In this document: positions 35,801 to 43,189 of the stretch, one piece after another
Layout: each line of letters begins with the position of its first letter
Position numbering within the stretch: the first letter of the stretch is position 1
Origin: an uncultured Flavobacteriales bacterium
Lineage (GTDB): Bacteria; Bacteroidota; Bacteroidia; Flavobacteriales_D; Sanyastnellaceae
Direction: 5' to 3'
Assembly: GCA_963933635.1 (NCBI GenBank)
Contig: CAWVVM010000006.1
Coordinates: forward strand, 9,481-73,480
Length of the DNA: 64,000 bases
Translations under genes and position numbers: made by a program
Notes under the pieces: generated by a model
What the model was told of the DNA's origin: nothing
The model's database searches: none
What the model saw: the letters and a program-made list of their open reading frames with translations, nothing else

Positions 35801-36841
35801 TGCACCGACCCATCCTTCGCCAATTACGATGCTTTGGCATCGGAAGATGACGGGTCATGCTCCAGTGTGGAAGGTTGCACCGATGAAGGCGCGGACAACT
35901 ACGATCCCGCGGCCACCATCGACGATGGATCGTGTGTCATCGTGGGTTGCACCGATTCTACGGCATTGAACTACAACGAAAACACCACACAGGAAGACAA
36001 CAGCACCTGCTACTACACCCTTCCTTCCGTCATCATCAACGAAGTGCACTACAACCCTTGCACCGCCCAGGGCGATGATTTTGATTTCGAGTTTGTGGAG
36101 CTTTTGAACATCGACGACGTGGCTGCTGACCTCTCTGGATACCAGTTCTACAATGAATCAGGTGGCTTGGCGCAGTTGTCGTTTGTTTTCCCTGAGGGAA
36201 CCACTTTGACTGCAGGTGAATTCATGGTGCTTGCCGTTTCTGAGGCGGGAGTGACCGCTTATGGAGGCAATGGTTACCAGGTGTTCCAAATGACTGCAGG
36301 CAACTTCAGCAACAGCGGAGAGGCGTTGAGCTTGCAAGATGCCTTTGGCAATGTTGTGAATGCCATTGACTACGACGATGCAGCACCTTGGGCTTCTGAG
36401 GCGATGGGCATTTTGGGCAACAACTTCATTGAAACACCTGATGGAGGTTGTGCTTCTTTGGAGTACACGCCTGAAATCCTTGCTTTGTACTTGGACACCC
36501 CAATAGGGAATGGCAATGACTTCGGCGGCAACTGGCAAGCCTCTTGGGTGGACAATGGCACTCCTGGAGCGGCCAACTCTTCTGCCTTTGGCTGCAACAA
36601 TCCACAGGCGTGCAACTTCAATGCCAACGCCATCTTGGGCGATGAGTCCCAGTGCACCTTTGATTGCACTGGTTGCACCTATGCTGGTGCCAACAACTTC
36701 ACTGCAGGCGCGACGGTGGACGATGGCTCATGTGAGTTCTTGTTGACCAACCCTTGTCCTACGGACTTGAATGGAGATGGTTCCACCACCACGGCTGACC
36801 TGTTGGTGTTCTTGGTGGACTTCGGCAACACTTGCCTCTGA
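32840..36841 (+). CDS. 1333-aa secreted mosaic surface protein (three LTD-type modules, one cupredoxin domain, two copies of an unknown beta-rich module, nine Cys-bounded linkers and a dockerin-like tail)
   Basis: Signal peptide MRYSIWMLSVLFFAAASGLRAQ. ExeM/NucH-style LTD motif FFSE.AEGS.NNKY.E.YNPT occurs at aa 27-46 and 582-601. A classic LTD (INEVHYNP...FVELLN) is at aa 1061-1185. The cupredoxin domain spans aa 241-340. See findings. Confidence 0.85.
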   Translation: MRYSIWMLSVLFFAAASGLRAQCDNLFFSEAAEGSSNNKYLEIYNPTSAAIDLSGYAYPSVSNAPDNGEGNYDFWNNFAEGAMIEAGGVYIIAHPSADASISAVANETFTFLSNGDDGFMIVQGNEASYVQIDAVGDWNGDPGSGWEVAGVSDGTKDHTIVRKSTVQSGNAGDWVTSAGTNADDSEWIVLDQNDWTNLAIHSFDGCGAAVEGCTNPNATNYNMDATQDDGSCTFDNVCNVDGVVVEASSFQYVPADLSIEAGTTVVWSNLGGTHDVNGDIDSQTSMSFGNPESFYIAPVSGAAGGVCIGSFTFNTPGVYAYDCSIGSHAALGMVATITVGTGGCTSAAAPNYNPSADFDDGSCIEVSTTTIADIQLGQETGVFTDSVVVTSGVVTGVFGSNVSIQDGQGAYSGMWLNGPDVPVAVGDQIEVTGAVAEFFDKTQISNPAVVISSQGNSLPVAEVLATADVSAEAWEGVLVQTTGVVTSTSLGFGEWSLSDGSGDAVADDVAYDAIGGELAAVGNELQLSGVLDYSFGSFKVQPRDVTDVLLFGCSTAGAANFNPLATIDNGSCVFEGGECGLFFSEMAEGSANNKYIELYNPTQSTIFLSEYTLGNCSNGCDVTGEFDFLTFNFPSGAVVEAGSTYIIAHPTADSLILASADMTYTFLSNGDDAYGLLDITGDAPVLVDVFGSLGADPGSGFAVAGVSNATQNGTIVRKSGVSQGNGGDWATSAGSNEIDSEWIINPSNDWTNLGIHTFTGACATDNSGCTDSGAVNYDPNATEDDGSCIFVPTLSIQDIHAGAFSGSVVTSGLVTGVYGPSGSLSGQPSYSIQDGSGAFSGIWVIGDGVALGDLVSVAGTVNEVFGLRQILSAVPTIQSSGNALPAAEVLTTAGINDEQWESVLVTMTGSVADINATFGEWLLDDGSGNGMAASLGYDAVDDSIEVDGMNMAVVELGANYRVSGANFYAFGNWKLCPNASTDVVRIGCTDPSFANYDALASEDDGSCSSVEGCTDEGADNYDPAATIDDGSCVIVGCTDSTALNYNENTTQEDNSTCYYTLPSVIINEVHYNPCTAQGDDFDFEFVELLNIDDVAADLSGYQFYNESGGLAQLSFVFPEGTTLTAGEFMVLAVSEAGVTAYGGNGYQVFQMTAGNFSNSGEALSLQDAFGNVVNAIDYDDAAPWASEAMGILGNNFIETPDGGCASLEYTPEILALYLDTPIGNGNDFGGNWQASWVDNGTPGAANSSAFGCNNPQACNFNANAILGDESQCTFDCTGCTYAGANNFTAGATVDDGSCEFLLTNPCPTDLNGDGSTTTADLLVFLVDFGNTCL
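33476..36733 (+). repeat. nine copies of a 20-21-aa Cys-bounded peptide linker C-x6-8-N-[YF]-[ND]-x3-5-DDGSC within the giant gene
   Basis: Copies lie at nt 33476-33535, 33869-33928, 34496-34555, 35144-35203, 35801-35860, 35876-35935, 35948-36010, 36593-36655 and 36674-36733. Examples are CTNPNATNYNMDATQDDGSC, CTDSGAVNYDPNATEDDGSC and CTDEGADNYDPAATIDDGSC. Confidence 0.85.
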
Positions 36842-36866
36842 TCCAAACTCGATTCAACATTCCTTG

Positions 36867-36898
36867 AAGAAAGGGGCGCCACTGGCGCCCCTTTTTTT
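36867..36898 (+). terminator. rho-independent terminator, probably bidirectional
   Basis: Perfect 8-bp GC stem ggggcgcc (36873-36880) / ggcgcccc (36884-36891) with a 3-nt loop. It is followed by T7 (36892-36898) and preceded by an A-rich run. It lies between the convergent giant gene and the lipoprotein gene. Confidence 0.8.
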
Positions 36899-36938
36899 AT
36901 GGGTCAAAATGCTGTGGGATGAAAGAAAAAGGAAGGCC

Positions 36939-37427
36939 TCAAGGGACGACGAGCGATGGTGTCGTGACCGTGTTGGAGGGTTGGAGATCGCGGTCCCAAA
37001 GTGTCCACTGGAAGCGAACGGAATCGGATGTGGTACCTGCCAGGTACCATGAGGTCAAGGACAGCGCGATTGTGCCTTCAAGCGCAGGGCTGGACCCTGT
37101 GGGTTCCGCCACGGGGACGCGGTAGGCGTAGGGGACCAAAAGAGGTGGCGTCACCCATTCTTCGCCGTCCCATTGTTGGTAGACCCCAACGAGGTTGTGG
37201 TGGTGCAGGCAGGTGGCGCAAAAGGGAGGCAAAGTGTCACCTTGCGACAGCCCCACATTTCCATCGCCATCGGTGAATCCGAGCGTCATGGTGGCCGTTC
37301 CGTTGTCCATCGCCTCGAAGGACTCAAAGGAAAGAGTGGGTTCGTCGGGGAACATGGGGTCTGGCAAGCATCCACATAGGAGGAGGCAAGCTCCCCAACC
37401 CATCCAAAGCGTTCCTCGAACATCCAT
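36939..37427 (-). CDS. hypothetical lipoprotein
   Basis: Lipobox LLLCGC. Has a Ca-binding-like GFTDGDGNVG segment. No family recognised. Confidence 0.5.
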   Translation of the reverse strand: MDVRGTLWMGWGACLLLCGCLPDPMFPDEPTLSFESFEAMDNGTATMTLGFTDGDGNVGLSQGDTLPPFCATCLHHHNLVGVYQQWDGEEWVTPPLLVPYAYRVPVAEPTGSSPALEGTIALSLTSWYLAGTTSDSVRFQWTLWDRDLQPSNTVTTPSLVVP

Positions 37428-37453
37428 AGGGCAAAACTACCGAACTTGTAGCC

Positions 37454-38530
37454 ATGTCTCATGCCTTCAACGATTGGAACTCAGATGCCCAGCTTGGCGA
37501 GGTGCGTGCCGATGTTGGATCTTGGATGGTCGGTACCAAGGAAGGGACCTTCGAAGAGGTGGCGTTGGCCTTGTTTCGTTGGCAGGCCTCCAACAATCAG
37601 GTGTACCGTCGATTTTTGGAGGCCATGGGCACCGATGTCCGCGGTATCGAGCGGGTGGAAGATATTCCTTGCCTGCCAGTCGAGACTTTCAAGCACCACC
37701 ATGTCCAAAGCGGAGAGTGGACGATTGATCATGCCTTCAAGAGTTCAGGCACCTCGGGACAAATGCAGCGATCGACGCATTTGCTCGACCCTGACGGGTT
37801 GACGTGGTACCGAGATGTGGCCAGCCGAGCTTGGTCACAGATTTGGGGAAAGGAGGTGGCGGACCATCAATGGTTGGGCTTGCTTCCTGGCTATGTGGGC
37901 AGGGAAGATGCGTCTTTGTTGACCATGGTTCATGGTTTCTGCGATGCATCTGGTCATGCCACCTCTCGCATGTTCATGGACCACCACTTGTCATTGAACA
38001 GGCAGCTGCTTGCATGGTTCAGCACCGAACATTCTCAACCACTTGTGCTCTTCGGGGTCACATGGGCAATCTTGGATTGGTTGGAGGGCCTCGATGCGCC
38101 TGACAATGATTGGTCCCAGAGCCTTCGATGGAAGGATGTGATTTTGGTGGAAACGGGAGGGATGAAAGGCCGGGACGAAGAGCCCATACGGGAAGAGGTG
38201 CACGCCCGCATTCGAAAAGCACTGCCTTGGATTCAGATCTCTTCCGAATACGGAATGACGGAGATGCTTACCCAGGCGTATGCCTTGGACGGTCACCATC
38301 ATATTTTTCCATTTTGGTCCCGAGCCATGGTGCGGGACCCCAAGGATCCTTTGGCCAGTCAGCCTGTGGGCAGGTCGGGTAGGTTGGATGTGGTGGACCT
38401 TGCCAATGTGCACAGCTGTGCTTTTTTGGCCACATCCGATTTGGCCAGAAACGACGCTGAGGGTTTGGCTTTGCTGGGACGTTGCGACAACGCAGAGGCA
38501 AGAGGCTGCAGCTTGTTGACCTTGGGGTGA
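37454..38530 (+). CDS. LuxE/PaaK-like acyl-adenylate-forming enzyme (annotated 'acyl transferase' in relatives)
   Basis: Has the adenylation P-loop-like FKSSGTSG. The overall layout resembles LuxE acyl-protein synthetases (GGMKGR near the C-terminal third). Confidence 0.55.
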   Translation: MSHAFNDWNSDAQLGEVRADVGSWMVGTKEGTFEEVALALFRWQASNNQVYRRFLEAMGTDVRGIERVEDIPCLPVETFKHHHVQSGEWTIDHAFKSSGTSGQMQRSTHLLDPDGLTWYRDVASRAWSQIWGKEVADHQWLGLLPGYVGREDASLLTMVHGFCDASGHATSRMFMDHHLSLNRQLLAWFSTEHSQPLVLFGVTWAILDWLEGLDAPDNDWSQSLRWKDVILVETGGMKGRDEEPIREEVHARIRKALPWIQISSEYGMTEMLTQAYALDGHHHIFPFWSRAMVRDPKDPLASQPVGRSGRLDVVDLANVHSCAFLATSDLARNDAEGLALLGRCDNAEARGCSLLTLG

Positions 38531-38551
38531 AAGAACGTTTGCATGTTGTTT

Positions 38552-39265
38552 TCAGACGCCCACGCAATGGTAAAGTGATGCACCAATCAGCGCCCCGACA
38601 ATGGGACCGACAATGGGCACCCAACTGTACATCCAATCGCTGTCCCTTTTCCCAGGGATTGGCAAGATGTAGTGGGCGATCCGTGGACCCAAATCACGGG
38701 CAGGATTTATGGCATATCCTGTTGGGCCACCGAGGCCCATGCCTATTCCTACGACCAGGAGCGCAACGGGCAAGGCATCCAGCGCACCGAGGGAATTGGA
38801 GGGGGCAGAAGCCGCAAGAGCGCCAAACATAAGAACCATAGTTCCAATGGCTTCAGTGATTGTGTTCTGAAAAGGCTGGCGAATTGCAGGCGAAGTACTG
38901 AATACGGCAAGGATTTGATTGGGGTCTTCTGTAGCTTGGAAATGGAGCCGAAAAGCCAACCAATTGCATACCGCGCCGAAAAAAGCTCCTGTCAATTGAG
39001 CAAGGATGTAACCGAGCAAGAAATTTGTCGGCAGCTTCCCAATGGCCGTCATGGCAATCGATATGGCGGGGTTCAAGTGCCCACTTCCACCCAAAGAGAT
39101 GGAGACAAATACGCCAAGAAAAACGGACAACCCCCAACCCCAAGACATCAAAACCCATCCAGCGTTGTGTCCTTTGGTATGTGTCAATGCCAAATTTGCG
39201 TTCACCCCGCCGCCTACGAGCATAAGCAAAAATGTGCCTGTAAATTCTGCGATGTATGGACCCAT
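38552..39265 (-). CDS. MIP-family channel (aquaporin / glycerol facilitator)
   Basis: Two NPA boxes (SGGHLNPAISIA-type GSGHLNPAISIAM, and GYAINPARDLGPR). ATG at 39265 (MGPYIAEFTGTF). Confidence 0.9.
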   Translation of the reverse strand: MGPYIAEFTGTFLLMLVGGGVNANLALTHTKGHNAGWVLMSWGWGLSVFLGVFVSISLGGSGHLNPAISIAMTAIGKLPTNFLLGYILAQLTGAFFGAVCNWLAFRLHFQATEDPNQILAVFSTSPAIRQPFQNTITEAIGTMVLMFGALAASAPSNSLGALDALPVALLVVGIGMGLGGPTGYAINPARDLGPRIAHYILPIPGKRDSDWMYSWVPIVGPIVGALIGASLYHCVGV

Positions 39266-39330
39266 TGAGACCGATGTTTTGAGGTTGGCAACCCTTTGCG
39301 TCGGACCACAACGACGAGAGTTGAAAAAAG

Positions 39331-39344
39331 CAAAATTAACTTTG
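39331..39344. promoter_or_regulatory. back-to-back TAnnTTTG -7-like boxes in divergent intergenic region
   Basis: Plus strand has TAACTTTG (39337-39344). Minus strand has TAATTTTG (39338-39331). I found no properly spaced -33 TTG, so this is weak. Confidence 0.25.
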
Positions 39345-39433
39345 CCGTAACACATCTTAGCGAGTTTCAATCAAAATTTGTGTCGCCATTAAATAATCAC
39401 TCCGTTTGTCCGCGAGGGATCAAAAACAACAAT

Positions 39434-40474
39434 ATGTTAGAAGTTTATACGATTGTGGGGTTTTGCTTGGCTGGGTTCTCAGTCATTGCCAATGACAGTG
39501 TTCAAACCTTGGGGACTTGGATTGCTTCGAACCGAGACAATTTCAAATGGACCACGCTATGGGCAGCGGCCTCGACCGTTTTGGTTGCCACTCTTGTCTA
39601 CGGCTGGGTATCGTCAGGCAATGGCGACATTTCTTTTGGTCGGCTTGCGAAAATCCCTTACGTTGAACCTCAGTGGTACCATGCTTTGGCGCCTCTTGCA
39701 CTTGTTCTTTTGACGAGGAAAGGTATTCCTGTGTCGACGTCATTCCTGGTTCTGAGCGCTTTCGCGAGCACCTTCGTTTTGGAAAAGATGCTCATGAAAA
39801 GCATCATGGGATATGGCTTGGCCGCTGTCGTCGCCTATGTTCTTTGGATTGGTATTTCTCGGCTTGTGAATGAAAAAGACGACGTGAGTGATTCGGCCAA
39901 GAAGTTTTGGCGGGTTTTCCAATGGTGCTCAACGGGTTTCCTGTGGTTCACATGGCTTTCTCATGATGTCGCAAACATTGCGGTTTTCCTCCCGCGTCAG
40001 TTGACCCTGAATCAGCTTGCGGTTGTTATTGTATTCTTCGTCCTAGGTCTTGGCTACATTTTCTACAACAGAGGAGGCAAAATCCAAGACATTGTATTGG
40101 ACAAGCAAAGCACCAAATATGTCAGGTCAGCGACCATGATTGATTTGGTGTATGCCTTTTTGCTTCTCTACTTCAAGCAGATGAACAACATCCCCATGTC
40201 GACGACTTGGGTGTTCGTGGGCTTGCTTTGTGGGCGTGAATTGGCCTTGAACACCGGTTTGACCAAGAAGGGGAATTTGAAAACGATTTTCCCCATTGTG
40301 GCCAAGGACTTCTTGAAGTTGATTGCCGGCTTGCTTGTCAGCGTGTCCATTGTCTTGGCCATCCACATGGGTCAAGATGCGAACGCAGAGAAGGACACTG
40401 CGCCAGAATCCATAGAAGTGATGTCAAGTCCAGCAGGAGAGGCGGATGCGCAATTGCCGGAGACCGAGGACTGA
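39434..40474 (+). CDS. polytopic membrane protein, distant PiT/PHO4-like transporter
   Basis: At least 8 hydrophobic helices. Has two degenerate copies of the PiT signature, one in each half (VIANDSVQTLGTW and LSHDVANIAVFLP). ATG at 39434. Confidence 0.5.
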   Translation: MLEVYTIVGFCLAGFSVIANDSVQTLGTWIASNRDNFKWTTLWAAASTVLVATLVYGWVSSGNGDISFGRLAKIPYVEPQWYHALAPLALVLLTRKGIPVSTSFLVLSAFASTFVLEKMLMKSIMGYGLAAVVAYVLWIGISRLVNEKDDVSDSAKKFWRVFQWCSTGFLWFTWLSHDVANIAVFLPRQLTLNQLAVVIVFFVLGLGYIFYNRGGKIQDIVLDKQSTKYVRSATMIDLVYAFLLLYFKQMNNIPMSTTWVFVGLLCGRELALNTGLTKKGNLKTIFPIVAKDFLKLIAGLLVSVSIVLAIHMGQDANAEKDTAPESIEVMSSPAGEADAQLPETED

Positions 40475-40486
40475 CCTCCGAAGCCG

Positions 40487-41764
40487 TCAGTCTGCCAGGC
40501 GAAGCAGGTAGAAGTTCTTCTTTCCCCGCTGAACGAGGATGAGGCTTTCGCCGACAAGGTCTCCTGCAGTGATGGTTTTGCTGTCATCCACCTTGGCCTT
40601 GTTCACGCTGATACTGCCTTCTTTCAGGGCCCGACGGGCTTCCCCGTTGCTCGCCAAAAAGGGCGTTTCGCCACCGGCCAGCACATCTACAATGCCAATG
40701 CCTTGGTGAAGTTCGTCGCGGCCAAGAACCCGCTGAGGCACCCCTTCAAAGACTGAGAGGATTTCTTTTTCTGGGAGGGCACGCAAGTCGTCTTCCGAGG
40801 TCTTTCCAAAGAGCAAACGGCTTGCGGCCACAGCGGTGTCGAGGTCGGCTTGTCCGTGGATGCGTCGGGTAACGTCCTCTGCCAGAGCCTTCTGAAGGGC
40901 CCGGGCGCCAGGATTTTCAGCGTGCGATGCTTCAATGGCTTCGATGTCCCTACGGGGAAGCAAGGTGAAGATTCTGAGGTACCGCGCCGCGTCCGCATCG
41001 GCGGCATTGATCCAGTACTGGTAGAATTTGTACGCAGAGGTACGGTTCTTGTCGAGCCAAACATTGCCTCCTTCACTCTTGCCAAACTTTGATCCGTCGG
41101 ACTTGGTGATGAGGGGTGCGGTGATGGCAAATGCCTGTCCATTGCCCTTCTTTCGAATCAACTCCGTTCCGGTGACCATGTTGCCCCACTGGTCGCTCCC
41201 GCCCATTTGGACCTTCACATTGTGCTCTTTCCACAAGTGGTAAAAGTCGTGACCTTGGACGAGTTGGTAGGTGAACTCGGTGAAGCTCATGCCTGATTCC
41301 AAGCGGTTTTTCACACTGTCCTTGGACATCATGTAGTTGACCGTGATGTGTTTGCCCACGTCGCGGATAAAATCCAAAAACGAAATGTCTTTGAACCAGT
41401 CGTAATTGTTGACCACCACAGCGGCGTTGTCTCCTGAGAAGTCCAAGAATCGTTCAAGTTGGGCCTTTTGGCCTGACAGGTTGTGCTGAAGCACCTCAGC
41501 ATCCAAAAACTGTCGTTCCGATGTTTTTCCGCTTGGATCACCGACCATTCCCGTGGCTCCTCCTACAAGGACAACAGGTGTGTGCCCCGCTTTTTGCCAA
41601 TGGACGAGCAGCATGATGGGCACCAAGTTGCCAATGTGCAAGCTGTCAGCTGTGGGATCAAACCCGACGTAAGCCTTGACACGTTCCTTGTCCATCAGCG
41701 CCTCTGTACCGGGCATGATGTCATGCAACAACCCCCTCCATTTCAAATCTTCAATCAGCGACAT
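40487..41764 (-). CDS. tyrS: tyrosine--tRNA ligase
   Basis: Class I HIGH (DSLHIGNLV) and KMSKS (KFGKSEG) motifs. S4-like C-terminal domain. ATG at 41764. Confidence 0.95.
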   Translation of the reverse strand: MSLIEDLKWRGLLHDIMPGTEALMDKERVKAYVGFDPTADSLHIGNLVPIMLLVHWQKAGHTPVVLVGGATGMVGDPSGKTSERQFLDAEVLQHNLSGQKAQLERFLDFSGDNAAVVVNNYDWFKDISFLDFIRDVGKHITVNYMMSKDSVKNRLESGMSFTEFTYQLVQGHDFYHLWKEHNVKVQMGGSDQWGNMVTGTELIRKKGNGQAFAITAPLITKSDGSKFGKSEGGNVWLDKNRTSAYKFYQYWINAADADAARYLRIFTLLPRRDIEAIEASHAENPGARALQKALAEDVTRRIHGQADLDTAVAASRLLFGKTSEDDLRALPEKEILSVFEGVPQRVLGRDELHQGIGIVDVLAGGETPFLASNGEARRALKEGSISVNKAKVDDSKTITAGDLVGESLILVQRGKKNFYLLRLAD

Positions 41765-41783
41765 GTGGGCAAAGATAAGGGGG

Positions 41784-43088
41784 TCATAGGTATGGCAGGA
41801 TGCGTTCAAGTCCTGCGCTTCTGCTCCCTTTCACCAGAACCTGTCGCGCCGTCAAGGGGTGTTCTTCGAGGTGATCTTTCAGGGCTTCGAAATCTGGAAA
41901 ATGCTTCCATGCGGCCTGCGGCCTTTCTTGGAAGGAGGCTTTGAAGCCTTCTCCCACAGTCCAGAGTTCGAGGCCCAATCCAAGCACTTGGTCGACTGCC
42001 TCTGCATGTGCACCTGCACTCGATGGTCCGAGTTCTCCCATTTCGCCCAGAAACACCACGGCGGATGCATGGCCGCGGGCATGGAAGGAAGCGACTGCAT
42101 GCGACACGCTGGTGGGGTTCGCATTGTAGGCGTCCAGCACAACTTGGTTGTGTGCAGTGTCCATCCACTGTGATCTGTGGTTGGATGCATGGTAAGCCGT
42201 CAAAGCCTCTTGTGCATTTGAGACCTCCACGTCAAATGCACGCCCAATGGTGAGGGCGGCCACCACATTGGGCAGGTTGTAATCTCCTTCGAGGTGCACT
42301 TGAAAGGCCTCGCCGCTTGGACCATTGATCTGGCCACCGGCCTCAGAAGAGGAAAGAGAGGTCCAAGTCCAAAGCGGTGTGTTCACGTTGAGTGTGTTGG
42401 TCAAGTCAGATGCAGCAAGGATGGTTTTGGGGTCACCTTGTTGCACAAAGGCTTGTCCGCTGTGCTTCTTCAAATGGTCAAAGAGTTCTTTTTTGCCCAG
42501 AAACACGCCTTCTTCTCCTCCAAAACCTTCCAAGTGTGCACGGCCGATGTTGGTGATGTACCCATGTGTGGGCAGGGCAATGTCCGCGAGGGTCTTGATT
42601 TCGCCGCGGTGGTTGGCGCCCATTTCGACGATGACAAAGCCAGGTTGCGCCGGAGCGCGAAGGAGGGTCAGCGGGACCCCGATGTGGTTGTTCAAATTCC
42701 CTTGGGTGGCGTGGACGTCGAATCGGCGTGCAAGCACATCGCGCAGGAGTTCCTTGGTGGTGGTTTTTCCGTTGCTCCCCGTCAGACCGAGTACTGGGCA
42801 ATCCCATTCCTGTCGAACCACCCTCGCAAGCTCTTGCATGGCATTCAGGACATCGTTGACGACGGTGGTCTTTGGATGTCCTTCCCACATCCCATCCTCT
42901 GTGACGACGTGCTGGGCACCAAGTTCCAAGGCCTGCGCGACAAAATCATTCGCATCAAAACGAGGTCCCTTGAGCGCCCAAAACATTTGCCCATTCAAGT
43001 CGTCTCGGGTGTCGATGGACGCACCAATGCATGCACGATGCGCTTCACGCAGTTGCAGCATGGCAGGAGAAAGGCAGGGATCAGTCAT
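41784..43088 (-). CDS. murF: UDP-N-acetylmuramoyl-tripeptide--D-alanyl-D-alanine ligase
   Basis: Mur ligase P-loop GLTGSNGKTTTKE. Mid-domain EMGANHRGEI and C-terminal DAYNANP. Confidence 0.9.
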   Translation of the reverse strand: MTDPCLSPAMLQLREAHRACIGASIDTRDDLNGQMFWALKGPRFDANDFVAQALELGAQHVVTEDGMWEGHPKTTVVNDVLNAMQELARVVRQEWDCPVLGLTGSNGKTTTKELLRDVLARRFDVHATQGNLNNHIGVPLTLLRAPAQPGFVIVEMGANHRGEIKTLADIALPTHGYITNIGRAHLEGFGGEEGVFLGKKELFDHLKKHSGQAFVQQGDPKTILAASDLTNTLNVNTPLWTWTSLSSSEAGGQINGPSGEAFQVHLEGDYNLPNVVAALTIGRAFDVEVSNAQEALTAYHASNHRSQWMDTAHNQVVLDAYNANPTSVSHAVASFHARGHASAVVFLGEMGELGPSSAGAHAEAVDQVLGLGLELWTVGEGFKASFQERPQAAWKHFPDFEALKDHLEEHPLTARQVLVKGSRSAGLERILPYL

Positions 43089-43107
43089 GGCGGGAGTTGG
43101 GGCAAAG

Positions 43108-43138
43108 AAAAACCCCGCAGCTCAGCTGCAGGGTTTTT
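43108..43138 (-). terminator. rho-independent terminator after gldJ
   Basis: Hairpin ccccgcagc (43113-43121) / gctgcaggg (43125-43133) with one mismatch and a 3-nt loop. It is flanked by A5 and T5. On the minus strand the stem is followed by tttttctttg. Confidence 0.6.
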
Positions 43139-43189
43139 GTGATTCAAGTTGTTGACCACCGTTTGGGGGTAGCCAAGCGCGCCCAAAGG

